From the sequence record LR756511.1: DNA of 64,000 nt; one strand, given 5' to 3'. The translations under genes and the position numbers were made by a program. Below the pieces are notes generated by a model. The model was given only the letters and a program-made list of their open reading frames with translations, made no database searches and had not been told where the DNA came from. Shown piece by piece: positions 8,588-17,641 of this stretch. Position 1 is the first letter of the stretch, and each line of letters begins with the position of its first letter.

Positions 8588-8665
8588 AGCTGTACAAACC
8601 AAACTATCAATCCTTCAACTGGAGTGGTAAGATGGCACACAATAGTTTTAAGTGATGCCAGTGAA

Positions 8666-8761
8666 CCCGTTGTCACTCTTGACTGTCGTTTCCTGAACCT
8701 GATGCGAGTATCGGAAGAGTTTGTTCAGGCTCAGAGGGACGGCATTGGGGTGACAAGCGGG
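8666..8761 (+). ncRNA. Long irregular hairpin (candidate ncRNA)
   Basis: CCCG-TTGTCACTC / GGGGTGACAA-G-CGGG, TGTCGTTTC/GGGACGGCA, CTGAAC/GTTCAG. Confidence 0.45.
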
Positions 8762-8855
8762 GATTTGACAAAGCCGAAGCGAAGAAAGACGGAGGAGTAG
8801 AATATATCCTCCGTTGAAGCTGTACTAAATCAGCTATCTCTAACGGAGGATAAAG

Positions 8856-9962
8856 ATGTTGGCGGTTCAGGAATATCTCAAGAGCGGCAAGACGTTCGAT
8901 GATCTCCATACGGAGCTTGGAATCGAAGTCAATCGAAGCAAGAAGCTGCCGCTTGCAAATCTCAATTACAGTCAGATTAATTCCCCAAAGACGCACCCGA
9001 TTGTGCGGGAATGCCGTGGTCTGACGTTGCGCTCCGACGATTACTCTCTCGTTGCGCGGTCATTCTGGCGGTTTTATAATTGGGGTGAAGTCGCGGACGA
9101 AATGCCGTTATTCGATTGGTCTACGGCGTCTGCGGATGAAAAGGTGGACGGTTCACTCTGCAAGTTCTACTTCTTTGAGGGAGAATGGCGAGTTGAAACC
9201 CGTGGTTCATTCGCGGATATGCCGATGTTCTACAACGAATGGCAGGCAATGTATCATAACATGCCTGCGGATTGGACCTGGAAGCAAGGCATTCTCGTTG
9301 CGTTGAACATGAAGGATTTGAACGAGTTAGACTCATACCTGGATCGAAGCTGTACGTATGCGTGTGAGTTCTGCTCGCTCTGGAATAAGGTTGTAAGGGA
9401 TTACCCGAAGCCGTGCATTTACCAGCTTTCCCGATTCGTTGGGGAGGAGGAAATCGGGCCGAAGTCAGTTCCTTGTTTCCTTGACGTGCGACAGTTCCCG
9501 TTGCGGAATGCGGATGATGTGATGGAGTTTGTGACGGCGCATGATGGCAAGGAGCTTGAAGGGTGTGTGGTCAAGGATGCGGGGTTGCGACGTTGGAAGA
9601 TCAAGAATCCCAAGTATTTGTCCCTTCACAAGATGAAGGGAGCGAACGGGGATGCGCTGTATCATCCGAAGTCCTTATTCCCTTATATCATGGATGGGGA
9701 AGGGGATGAGTTGCTGGCGGTTTATCCTGAAGTCAAGGACGTATTCCGCCACTATAAGGATATGGTGGACGAATGTTACGTTGAATTGGATAAGCTGTAC
9801 GAAAAGACGAAGCACATTGAGAACCAGAAGGAATTTGCTCTGGCAATCGTGGGCAAGCACAAGTTGCATGGATTGTTGTTTGAAACTCGTAAGCGGGGTT
9901 TGCCGCTCAAGGAAACTTGGCGGTTATGTCCTGATTATGTGTATAAGGGGCTGTTCAAGTAA
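8856..9962 (+). CDS. T4 Rnl1-like RNA ligase
   Basis: EKVDGS (motif I), TRGSF (Ia), EFCSLWNKVV (III), EGCVV (IV), KIKNPKY (V). Confidence 0.88.
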   Translation: MLAVQEYLKSGKTFDDLHTELGIEVNRSKKLPLANLNYSQINSPKTHPIVRECRGLTLRSDDYSLVARSFWRFYNWGEVADEMPLFDWSTASADEKVDGSLCKFYFFEGEWRVETRGSFADMPMFYNEWQAMYHNMPADWTWKQGILVALNMKDLNELDSYLDRSCTYACEFCSLWNKVVRDYPKPCIYQLSRFVGEEEIGPKSVPCFLDVRQFPLRNADDVMEFVTAHDGKELEGCVVKDAGLRRWKIKNPKYLSLHKMKGANGDALYHPKSLFPYIMDGEGDELLAVYPEVKDVFRHYKDMVDECYVELDKLYEKTKHIENQKEFALAIVGKHKLHGLLFETRKRGLPLKETWRLCPDYVYKGLFK

Positions 9963-10121
9963 AGGAGTGATGATGTTTGATCTTGAGACATTGGCTGCAA
10001 TCAATAAGGAACGCGGCCTTGCATCAGCAATGCCGAGCAACGGCGTCGTGATTTCTTCTTGAAAGAGAAAGCTGTACAAACTGGGCTAGTGAATCCTCAC
10101 TATCCTTCCTAAGAGGTAACA

Positions 10122-10289
10122 ATGGGCTGGCAACGTAAGCAATATGACAAAAGTGGTGGCAAAGTCCGACGTGTGTTTAGTGGCTCAAAGGATTGGACCC
10201 GCGAGCAAAAGCAACAAATCGAACAGTATCAGGAGCGATACGACCGTGACAACGAATCTAATCAAGACGAACGACGAAAGGCGGGATAA
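10122..10289 (+). CDS. Hypothetical 55-aa protein
   Basis: Hand-translated MGWQRKQYDKSGG...; GAGGT RBS; motif 10070. Confidence 0.55.
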   Translation: MGWQRKQYDKSGGKVRRVFSGSKDWTREQKQQIEQYQERYDRDNESNQDERRKAG

Positions 10290-10415
10290 CCCGCTACCGT
10301 GGGAAGACCCCTGGATTGATCTTGGCGGCGAGGGGTGAGCATTGAATATCTCCGCTTTCTTCTTGGTTCGCCAAGGTGGAAGCGGAGAATTCGTTTAAGC
10401 TGTACTAACAACATC

Positions 10416-10646
10416 ATGACTGGAAAATACTCTCCCACGATCTATTGGGCCTATCAACATGACCAGGATTGGCATAGAGTCGCCAGCAATGGCGACCTTT
10501 ATGATCCCGATGGTTATGATAGCTATGGCTATAACAGTGACGGCGTGGACCGAGCGGGACATACGGAATGGGATTATGCCCAAGATGACTTGTATGAGCG
10601 AGTCTTACACCAATGGGCTGATAAAGCTGTACTAAAAACATCATGA
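10416..10646 (+). CDS. Hypothetical protein with YD-x-DGYD-x-x-GY repeat
   Basis: ATG 10 nt after motif 10398. Confidence 0.65.
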   Translation: MTGKYSPTIYWAYQHDQDWHRVASNGDLYDPDGYDSYGYNSDGVDRAGHTEWDYAQDDLYERVLHQWADKAVLKTS

Positions 10647-10831
10647 ACGAAGAACTCATAGCCGACCTGTATTACATTGGTGAGTATGCGAAGTATGCTC
10701 GCGTAATGATCGAGCATAATCGCCGTCCCCTTCCTGGGATACTCAACCAAATGCGGGATTTGGCTGAGAAAGTGCAGCGTCATTTCGATCCCCAATTAGA
10801 GGAGTGGTGCAATGGTGAAGCCCGACGTTGA
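10643..10831 (+). CDS. Hypothetical protein
   Basis: ATGA overlap with the previous stop; motif 10625. Confidence 0.6.
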   Translation: MNEELIADLYYIGEYAKYARVMIEHNRRPLPGILNQMRDLAEKVQRHFDPQLEEWCNGEARR

Positions 10832-11000
10832 ATTGACAAGTGCAATCGGCGGCAAAATCTTTTACAACGGGCGAATCTTCGACATCGCCAAGAGTAAACG
10901 AGGCTGGGAAGTATTCCACATGGCGAAGGAGGTTGCCGTAACCGCAACCGTAGAAAAGGCTTGTGCCTTTCTTGCGGAGCAAAAAGAACAGACCAAGTGA
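10812..11000 (+). CDS. Hypothetical protein
   Basis: GAGGAG RBS; coupled to the previous ORF. Confidence 0.55.
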   Translation: MVKPDVELTSAIGGKIFYNGRIFDIAKSKRGWEVFHMAKEVAVTATVEKACAFLAEQKEQTK

Positions 11001-11112
11001 GCTAGGGGGCTTAGGCGCTGGACGGGGATAAGGATGTGACCATCTGGCTGTGAGAGGGCCAGCCTCTTAAAGCTGTACTTAAAGCTTTATCTCTAACCTC
11101 AAGGAGTCCAGC

Positions 11113-11370
11113 ATGTATGATCCCGAAAAGGAAGGCAAGGAGTTCGCGGACGCTTTCAGCAGGTTTGTGAACAACATGAATCGCACGCCGAAAAAGCACG
11201 CGATTGAACACATGCTCCGCGATCACCCGACCTTGCAGCAAGGCATGGTGCGCTTCTTCATGGAATTCATGGAGGAACTGGCCAAACAGACAGGCGACTT
11301 GCGCAATGAGGGCAGCATCAAGCTGGCCAAGGAAATCAGCAAGATGGAGCGTTATCTTCCCTGCATCTAA
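11113..11370 (+). CDS. Conserved phage hypothetical protein (HPTLQQ type)
   Basis: Motif 11071 plus leader with AAGGAG; terminator-like hairpin after. Confidence 0.75.
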   Translation: MYDPEKEGKEFADAFSRFVNNMNRTPKKHAIEHMLRDHPTLQQGMVRFFMEFMEELAKQTGDLRNEGSIKLAKEISKMERYLPCI

Positions 11371-11377
11371 TGGGGCA

Positions 11378-11416
11378 AAAGGGCGGGACTGCAACCGCCC
11401 ACCCCTTTTCTTTTTT
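11378..11416 (+). terminator. Intrinsic terminator
   Basis: GGGCGG/CCGCCC stem plus T-run. Confidence 0.6.
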
Positions 11417-11634
11417 AAAGCTGTACTGAGAACAGGCAACATATCGCCAATGTGCCAACGGGCGCTTTGTCGATGGGTATTGCTCAGGTGCCGATGGCGG
11501 CAATCGTGCTGATGTGCCAGTTTGTTCGCGGGGAAATCGCAACAACGCGATATGAACAGTGGTCATGGGAATGGCAGCAACTCCCCCGTAATTAAAGCTG
11601 TACTAAAAGGGTTATCTCTAACGGAGGAAAACCC

Positions 11635-11871
11635 ATGATTGCTCGCGTCCTTGGCACCAATGCACGGTTCTGCAACAAGAATTGCAAGCAAAGCTTCAAG
11701 GAAGATCGACAGAGCGGCCTTAACTATGGCTTGCATCGCGTCAATGGCGTGTTTTGCTTGCATCGGGAAGAATGGTCACTGGTAGCGTGCCAGTGTGCCT
11801 ATTGCGGGGAGAAGGTGGAAGGGGAGATTCCCGACTACCTCAAGGAAAAGTTTCAGGTGGGGGCGGTTTAG
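11635..11871 (+). CDS. Cys-rich hypothetical protein
   Basis: C-x3-C and CQCAYCG; motif 11596. Confidence 0.7.
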   Translation: MIARVLGTNARFCNKNCKQSFKEDRQSGLNYGLHRVNGVFCLHREEWSLVACQCAYCGEKVEGEIPDYLKEKFQVGAV

Positions 11872-11928
11872 TTACAGCTGTACGAAATCGAGTTGTAACA
11901 GCAACGAATCCTTAACGGGGAGAATCGC

Positions 11929-12310
11929 AATGGACAATCGCTTCACCATCGAAGTCAACCGCTACTTCATCGAAACCGAAAAGAAGAACAGCAAGGGAAA
12001 GCCCGTCATGATCCCCATTGACGTGCGCAAGATGACCATTAACGGGGATTTCATCGGGGCGGTTTGCTTCCAAGCTACCGTCGTGAAGCGCGGCGGGGAA
12101 CAGTATATCTCCGTCAAAAAGCTGGTCCCCCCGACCAAACCCAAATGGCCGTGCGTGCTTATCGACAAGCCGCAAGAGCCGAAATGGGTGAAAGAGGGAA
12201 GCTATTCCCTGGAGAAATTCAAGAAATGGCTCAATCCCTACTTCAAGGGACGCGCCGAAGCAATCGTCAGCGAATTGCTGACGGCGCCGCCCGAAAACCT
12301 TGCGGCATAA
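11929..12310 (+). CDS. Hypothetical protein
   Basis: GGGGAG RBS; motif 11876. Confidence 0.7.
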
Positions 12311-12316
12311 GGGATT

Positions 12317-12352
12317 AGGGGACGGGGAGCAATCCCGTCCCCTTTTCTTTTT
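12317..12352 (+). terminator. Intrinsic terminator
   Basis: GGGGACGGG-GAGCAAT-CCCGTCCCC plus T-run. Confidence 0.8.
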
Positions 12353-12444
12353 GCTTTCTTGTTGATATAAAGCTGTACTTAATTCATCATACTACAGGAT
12401 TAAAGCTGTACAAAAAGAGGTATCTCTAACATAAGGAGAATGCG

Positions 12445-12753
12445 ATGCGGGCTACCTCTCCCGAAGGGCTGGTTGGCAAGAACGTGCAGTTTTCGTTGTG
12501 GGGCTATGTGCCCGATTGCACGGGCGAGGACGTGGACAAGGATACCAGCGGGGAAGTGCGCGGCGTCATTGAAGGGGTAAACCTCAAGACGGGCATTTGC
12601 AAGGTCAAGCCCACCGAATTCCGTCCCAATGTTGGCGGTGCGGAGTGGTCAGGCGACGTGAGCGACAGCAACATGCGGGGCCATTTGCTGAGCCTGAGTC
12701 ACTGGTATGACGACCATTTTGAGGAATACTTCTACAATCTGGACGTAATCTAA
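12445..12753 (+). CDS. Hypothetical protein
   Basis: Motif 12404 plus AAGGAG. Confidence 0.7.
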   Translation: MRATSPEGLVGKNVQFSLWGYVPDCTGEDVDKDTSGEVRGVIEGVNLKTGICKVKPTEFRPNVGGAEWSGDVSDSNMRGHLLSLSHWYDDHFEEYFYNLDVI

Positions 12754-12813
12754 GGGGAAGCGGGGACAGCAAACCCGCCTAATCTCTCTTATAAAGCTGT
12801 ACTTGAGGCTAAC

Positions 12814-13083
12814 ATGGACGCAAAAGACCTTGCCTTTAGTTTCTGTGGCTTGACGACAGATCAGAAGCGGCGGGAGTTCATCCAGCGTGAGCTAGGGAAC
12901 AATCCGTTGCATCATGCTCTGTTTGCCCGCGAATTAACCTTCCTGGGACATCCGCACGATTGGATTTGCTACAGAGATGCCATGAAACAGCTATATGGGC
13001 GATGCCCCGTATGCGATAGTTTCGGCACCTCTCCCGTTACGGAGCATACCTACGATGAGGGTTGTCTGTGTAAGCGACCCTAG
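12814..13083 (+). CDS. Hypothetical protein, C-terminal CPVC...CLC
   Basis: Between motifs 12795 and 13088. Confidence 0.7.
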   Translation: MDAKDLAFSFCGLTTDQKRREFIQRELGNNPLHHALFARELTFLGHPHDWICYRDAMKQLYGRCPVCDSFGTSPVTEHTYDEGCLCKRP

Positions 13084-13141
13084 TAAGAGCTGTACAAACT
13101 GAGTCAGTGGCACCTAACACCTTTTAGGAAAGGAACGACTG

Positions 13142-13396
13142 ATGACGAATCTGGAAGTGATGAAAGCCGTGGCAGAGGGCAAGATGACGGCAGAAGAGGG
13201 CGAGCGCTTGCTCAAGGAAAAGAAGCTGAAGCTCAAGGTGAGCAACAAGGGCGCCGTGCAACTCGACGGGCTGCGCCGCTTCCCTGTCACGCTCTACAAG
13301 AAAGAGTGGCAGGCGGTGCTGGAAATGAAGGACAGCATCCTCAAGTTCATTCAGGAAAACGACAAGCGGCTGACGGAAAAGGGTAGCGACGACTAA
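13142..13396 (+). CDS. Conserved small protein, SHOCT-like N-terminus plus KVS-x-KG...RFPVTLY domain
   Basis: EGKMTAEEGERLL and RFPVTLY-x-x-EW patterns. Confidence 0.7.
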   Translation: MTNLEVMKAVAEGKMTAEEGERLLKEKKLKLKVSNKGAVQLDGLRRFPVTLYKKEWQAVLEMKDSILKFIQENDKRLTEKGSDD

Positions 13397-13486
13397 CCTT
13401 GTGGGGCGGGGACAGCAAACCCGCCCCTATTCTTTCTTATAAAGCTGTACTAAAGAGGGTATAACCTTAACCCAAAGGAGTCAGCA

Positions 13487-13681
13487 ATGCCGCGAATGAC
13501 GAAAGAAGAGAAGCGAATCGAGAAGGAAACGGAACAGGCTTTCAACAAGAACGCCAGCGGTATTCAGTTCGACATCATGGATTTGGGCAAGATTCATCAG
13601 GCAGGAGTGAACGCGGGCAAGGCCAACCAGAGCATCGAAGAAGCGGTCAAGGCCGCAATCCAGACCTACCGCAAGAACTAA
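13487..13681 (+). CDS. Conserved phage hypothetical protein
   Basis: Motif 13443 plus AAGGAG. Confidence 0.7.
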   Translation: MPRMTKEEKRIEKETEQAFNKNASGIQFDIMDLGKIHQAGVNAGKANQSIEEAVKAAIQTYRKN

Positions 13682-13743
13682 GGGGCACGGCGGGGACAGC
13701 CAACCCGCCTATTCTCTTTTAAAGCTGTACTAAATGAGGCATT

Positions 13744-13935
13744 ATGCAACTCATTCGCTTCCAAGTTGGCGACCGTGACATGCTGATTCAAGCGGCAGAT
13801 GAGTGGTCCGCCCGCGAAAAGCTGAAGCAATACCTCAAGCGGCATCCGATGCTGCTGGTGCGATATGAGGATTGTCGATGCAAGGAAGTATGCGGGCATG
13901 TTGCAGATGGCATCTATACGCTGGGGAACAAATGA
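13744..13935 (+). CDS. Hypothetical protein
   Basis: Motif 13723, GAGG. Confidence 0.6.
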   Translation: MQLIRFQVGDRDMLIQAADEWSAREKLKQYLKRHPMLLVRYEDCRCKEVCGHVADGIYTLGNK

Positions 13936-14165
13936 ACGAACCGCAAGTAGGCGACCGTGTATTGTATCATGGTCGTTTTGACAACGTGGTGGAAGGGATA
14001 CTAGCGGAACGTATCCTGTCCCCACTGACGGGCAATCCCCGTTACCGCGTGGTCGATTCATGGGCAGAAGCCAAGGACGAAGAAGCTGGAAGATGGATCG
14101 ACGTGATGGAAATAATTGGCATCTATCCCAGCTGTACTAAAAGGAATATCTCTAACAAGGAGTGA
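13932..14165 (+). CDS. SH3-like hypothetical protein
   Basis: QVGDRVLY start; ATGA coupling. Confidence 0.55.
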   Translation: MNEPQVGDRVLYHGRFDNVVEGILAERILSPLTGNPRYRVVDSWAEAKDEEAGRWIDVMEIIGIYPSCTKRNISNKE

Positions 14166-14168
14166 CCT

Positions 14169-14348
14169 ATGTGCCAGTTTTGCGGTCAGCCGTGCGGTCA
14201 GCGGGAGTTCTGTGACGAAGCCTGCTACAAGGAGTATCAGGAAGAGAAGGCGATTCAGGAAGCCAGCATGAGAGAGGACGGAATCTCTCAGTTCTACGTC
14301 GATCCCTTCGATGAACCCTACCATTCCGACGTGCAAGGCGGGCTATAA
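14169..14348 (+). CDS. Cys-rich 59-aa protein (TRASH-like CxxC...FC-x-x-x-C)
   Basis: Hand-translated MCQFCGQPCGQREFCDEACY; motif 14130 plus AAGGAG. Confidence 0.6.
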   Translation: MCQFCGQPCGQREFCDEACYKEYQEEKAIQEASMREDGISQFYVDPFDEPYHSDVQGGL

Positions 14349-14416
14349 AAGCCCGTCCGTTTTCTTGTTTGTAAAGCTGTACTTAATACATTACCTCTAA
14401 CGCAAAGGAGAATGGA

Positions 14417-14716
14417 ATGGCACAGCGGCATATCATCAAGACGATCAACCCCAACGGCATCCCATCGCGGCTCGAAATCGACTTGTGGGAAATGAAGCAC
14501 GATTGCAACATCCAGCATGTGCAACGGCTTTACGTGGCATTCAAGCAAGGCAAGCGGCGCAAGATCAAGCGGCTCCGAGTCAATGAATACAAGAGCTACC
14601 CGTGCGAGTTGTGCGGCTCGCATACCTATCTTGATGCGGTTGTGGGCCGAAGTGTATTAAAGCTGTACGAAATACAGCAAAGGGAGGACAAACATGGGAC
14701 CATGCTTGTGCGGTGA
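14417..14716 (+). CDS. Hypothetical protein with CxxC
   Basis: Motif 14375 cassette leader. Confidence 0.7.
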   Translation: MAQRHIIKTINPNGIPSRLEIDLWEMKHDCNIQHVQRLYVAFKQGKRRKIKRLRVNEYKSYPCELCGSHTYLDAVVGRSVLKLYEIQQREDKHGTMLVR

Positions 14717-14903
14717 TCTTCGTTGTGGGTCATGTGGACCAGCACAAGGCAACAGCAAGTGCATCATTTGCGGCAAATGGGCCGATGAGGGGGGCTGCAC
14801 TGATCCCAAGAAGTGCGAAGAGGAACTAATCAAGTTTGAGGAAGCGTGGGCGAAGCAAGAGGAAGAATGGTCCAGAATGGAGGCAAACCTCGACCTGTAT
14901 TAA
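14694..14903 (+). CDS. Cys-rich hypothetical protein
   Basis: CLCG-x-x-x-C-x-x-C, CIICG; GGAGG RBS. Confidence 0.65.
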   Translation: MGPCLCGDLRCGSCGPAQGNSKCIICGKWADEGGCTDPKKCEEELIKFEEAWAKQEEEWSRMEANLDLY

Positions 14904-14939
14904 GCTGTACAAATGAGGGAGCAGGCTCAAACCTGCGTT

Positions 14940-15090
14940 GACAGGATGGACGGGGAATACTGGTTGCGGATTCGCACTCCGCTAGGGGCGTACGACCCTA
15001 TGAACTCCAACCCGCTTGAGATGGGAGGGAGAAGGCTAACCAGACTTAAAAAGCGGAGCTAAAAGGCCGCTGAACCCGTCCTACCCTGTC
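14940..15090 (+). ncRNA. Candidate structured RNA (or 49-aa ORF 14913-15062)
   Basis: GACAGG-AT-GGACGGG / CCCGTCC-TAC-CCTGTC closing stem; bracketed by motifs 14903 and 15096. Confidence 0.4.
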
Positions 15091-15131
15091 GTTAAAGCTG
15101 TACGAAATCCATTACCTCTAACACAAGGAGA

Positions 15132-15317
15132 TTGGTGATGGACAGTCTGGAAGCGTGGTTGGATTTTCGTCGTGGTGAGCGTTACGAACCGTCCCATCCT
15201 TGCTGCTTCCATTGCGGCGGGGAATGTAGCGGGGACACAACCGAAACCGTCACCATATACGACGACGTAACAGCGGAAAAGCCCATCTGCGATAACCCCG
15301 AAGAGTGTCCCAAGTAA
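15132..15317 (+). CDS. Cys-rich hypothetical protein
   Basis: CFHCG...ICD-x-x-x-C. Confidence 0.65.
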   Translation: MVMDSLEAWLDFRRGERYEPSHPCCFHCGGECSGDTTETVTIYDDVTAEKPICDNPEECPK

Positions 15318-15397
15318 AGGCAGGCAGGGGAATGCAAACCCTGCCTATTCTTGTTTATAAAGCTGTACTTAAAGCTTTACCTAACAAGGAGAATACT

Positions 15398-15661
15398 ATG
15401 AAGGTCGATTTCAAGCTTGCGGATTATCTCTCTCCTCGCGGCAAGTATCCTTACTCGCAACTGGCGACCGACTTGGAAACGGCGCTTGCCAGCGGCAATA
15501 CCGTCTATCTCTGGTCGGTTCCTGGTTTCTTCATGCTCAGTGGTCATCCCGATCCCAACAATTACGGCAAGAAGTGGCGCCCGTGGTCGGACGGCGAACT
15601 TGACTATCGAACCGCGAAGGATGCGCTTAACGGGAAGAACGGGAAAGCTCCATTGCGTTAA
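15398..15661 (+). CDS. Hypothetical protein
   Basis: Cassette leader shared with the next gene. Confidence 0.7.
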   Translation: MKVDFKLADYLSPRGKYPYSQLATDLETALASGNTVYLWSVPGFFMLSGHPDPNNYGKKWRPWSDGELDYRTAKDALNGKNGKAPLR

Positions 15662-15698
15662 AGCTGTACTAAAAGCTTTACCTAACAAGGAGAATACC

Positions 15699-15938
15699 AT
15701 GACGAAGGCAGAACTGGCAAAGGCCGTGGAACTGGCTCAGAACAAGCAAGAGATCAAGGACGATGATAGCGTTCTTGATGGGTTGTATCTGGCCAACTTC
15801 AAGCCCGTCGCCACTACGCTCGGCGCCGTCGCCCGTTTCATTCGCTGGCATTGTATCTACTTGAATGGAACGCTTGCAACGGATGAACTGGCCGAATTCG
15901 CGGGATTCGCCCGCCACCGCATCACGATAATCGGTTAG
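15699..15938 (+). CDS. Hypothetical protein
   Basis: Cassette leader AAAGCTTTACCTAACAAGGAGAATAC. Confidence 0.7.
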   Translation: MTKAELAKAVELAQNKQEIKDDDSVLDGLYLANFKPVATTLGAVARFIRWHCIYLNGTLATDELAEFAGFARHRITIIG

Positions 15939-16025
15939 AGGGAAAAGCGGGGGAAAGCCAACCCCGCTATTATTGCTTATAAAGCTGTACAAATAGCTTT
16001 ACCTCTAACGCAAAGGAGTCCGAAA

Positions 16026-16199
16026 ATGCGAATCCTCGACGCATGGGAAAAGGACCACAAGCCCGTCAAGCCCGAACAGGTCAAGGCCGATCTTCCGCGA
16101 CTTCAAGCGGAGCATGACAAGGCGTGCAAGCAAGACCCAACGTGGCAATTCTTCGGCGGCATCCTCACCGTCGAACAGCGACAGTATCAAGTAGTCTAA
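16026..16199 (+). CDS. Hypothetical 57-aa protein
   Basis: Hand-translated MRILDAWEKDHKPV...; motif 15983. Confidence 0.6.
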   Translation: MRILDAWEKDHKPVKPEQVKADLPRLQAEHDKACKQDPTWQFFGGILTVEQRQYQVV

Positions 16200-16257
16200 G
16201 CGGGGGGAAAGCTAAAGCTGTACTAAAAGCTTTACCTCTAACGCAAAGGAGTCAGAC

Positions 16258-16473
16258 ATGGGATCGCCAGTCGTCACCTGGATGGATGTGGCTTATAACG
16301 GCGGCATCGCAGAGGACGTTTTCGGCGTCCCCGATGAATGGTATGAGCAGGAACCCATCGAACCCGAACCCGAACCATGCCATTGTCGCGCTTGCGAGTA
16401 TGTCGCTTCCCTCCCATCCGACATGCAACTGCTCGCCGCAATGGTCCACGTCTGCGAGTCGGACGGCAACTAA
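16258..16473 (+). CDS. Hypothetical protein with CHC-x-x-C
   Basis: Motif 16216 cassette. Confidence 0.65.
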   Translation: MGSPVVTWMDVAYNGGIAEDVFGVPDEWYEQEPIEPEPEPCHCRACEYVASLPSDMQLLAAMVHVCESDGN

Positions 16474-16551
16474 AGGGAAGCGGGGGAAAGCCAACCCCGC
16501 TATTCTTGTTTATAAAGCTGTACTTATAGCTTTATAACAAAGGAGGAAGAA

Positions 16552-16680
16552 ATGGACGAAACCGATTTCGACTTGGTGCAAGAGGCGTGCGAGTGCGGGG
16601 AATTGCTCTACACCGATTGCAACGGCGGCAAACGGTGCGAACTCTGCGATCCACCCTGTCCGTCATGTTCCGATCAGTAA
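16552..16680 (+). CDS. Cys-rich 42-aa microprotein
   Basis: MDETDFDLVQEACECGELLYTDCNGGKRCELCDPPCPSCSDQ; AGGAGG RBS. Confidence 0.6.
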   Translation: MDETDFDLVQEACECGELLYTDCNGGKRCELCDPPCPSCSDQ

Positions 16681-16779
16681 AGGGAAAAGGCAGGGATTTA
16701 ATCCCTGCCAGTTTAATATCAATTCTCAAGCTGTACTTAAAGGGTTATCAACAACTCAACCCCTTCTAAGGAGAATGCG

Positions 16780-17019
16780 ATGCAGGCCAACAAGCTCAAC
16801 GTGGTGGTGGCTTACAAGGTCGAACGCAAGGCGTTCGCCAAGCCCCAAACCTTGACCGAAATCAAGGTCCGCTTGGGTGAGGAAGTGGTGGCAAGCCGCA
16901 CCATTCCTGGCCGCTGGAGCCAGAAGCAGGCGCTGGGGGAGTTCAAGCGCTTCCCCACCCGCTTCACGCAAATCGCCCCGCTCGACTTGGCGGGAGTCGC
17001 CACCTGTGCGGCAGCGTGA
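16780..17019 (+). CDS. Hypothetical protein
   Basis: Motif 16729, AAGGAG. Confidence 0.7.
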   Translation: MQANKLNVVVAYKVERKAFAKPQTLTEIKVRLGEEVVASRTIPGRWSQKQALGEFKRFPTRFTQIAPLDLAGVATCAAA

Positions 17020-17104
17020 GCCGCAGGGGGAGGACCGCCACTCCCCGCATCTTCCTTTATAAAGCTGTACTTAATACATTACCTCTAACACAAAGGAGTC
17101 GGAG

Positions 17105-17347
17105 ATGCGGGACACTTTCGCCACGATCATGAGCCAGCGATTGCCCGTCCGTTCCATCGAAGAACTGTCCAAGTGGCAACTCTTCTCCGCGTTGGGCGGC
17201 AAGGGCGTCAATGCCTGCCTCAAAATCGGAGGCGTCACCGTCTTGCTCGTCAGCATCGAACGCGAAAGCGGTTGCGGGTCAAGCTACAACCTCACCGTCC
17301 ACTACAACGGCGAGAACCACAAGGTCTATTGCCGCACGAAGGACTAA
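17105..17347 (+). CDS. Hypothetical protein
   Basis: Motif 17063 cassette. Confidence 0.7.
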   Translation: MRDTFATIMSQRLPVRSIEELSKWQLFSALGGKGVNACLKIGGVTVLLVSIERESGCGSSYNLTVHYNGENHKVYCRTKD

Positions 17348-17428
17348 CGGCAAGCGGGGACCGCCAACCCGCATACAGCTTTATAAAGCTGTACTTAATA
17401 CATTACCTCTAACGCAAAGGAGTCGAAG

Positions 17429-17584
17429 ATGGAACCGATCTACCGTGGCATCCCGTTCCCTCGCATCCTCCAATTCATCTTCACCCCCAACCCGCCCGAC
17501 CCGAAGAAGCGCCGCAAGGCACGGCTCACCCGCAAGCGCCGCCGCAAGCTGGTCAACCGTCAATCGCGGAGCATGGCCGCTTAA
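17429..17584 (+). CDS. Basic 51-aa protein
   Basis: Hand-translated; KKRRKARLTRKRRRK. Confidence 0.6.
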   Translation: MEPIYRGIPFPRILQFIFTPNPPDPKKRRKARLTRKRRRKLVNRQSRSMAA

Positions 17585-17641
17585 TGCGGCCTCTTCTCAT
17601 TCTTCTAAAGCTGTACTAAATAAAGCTAAAGGAGAACGAAC

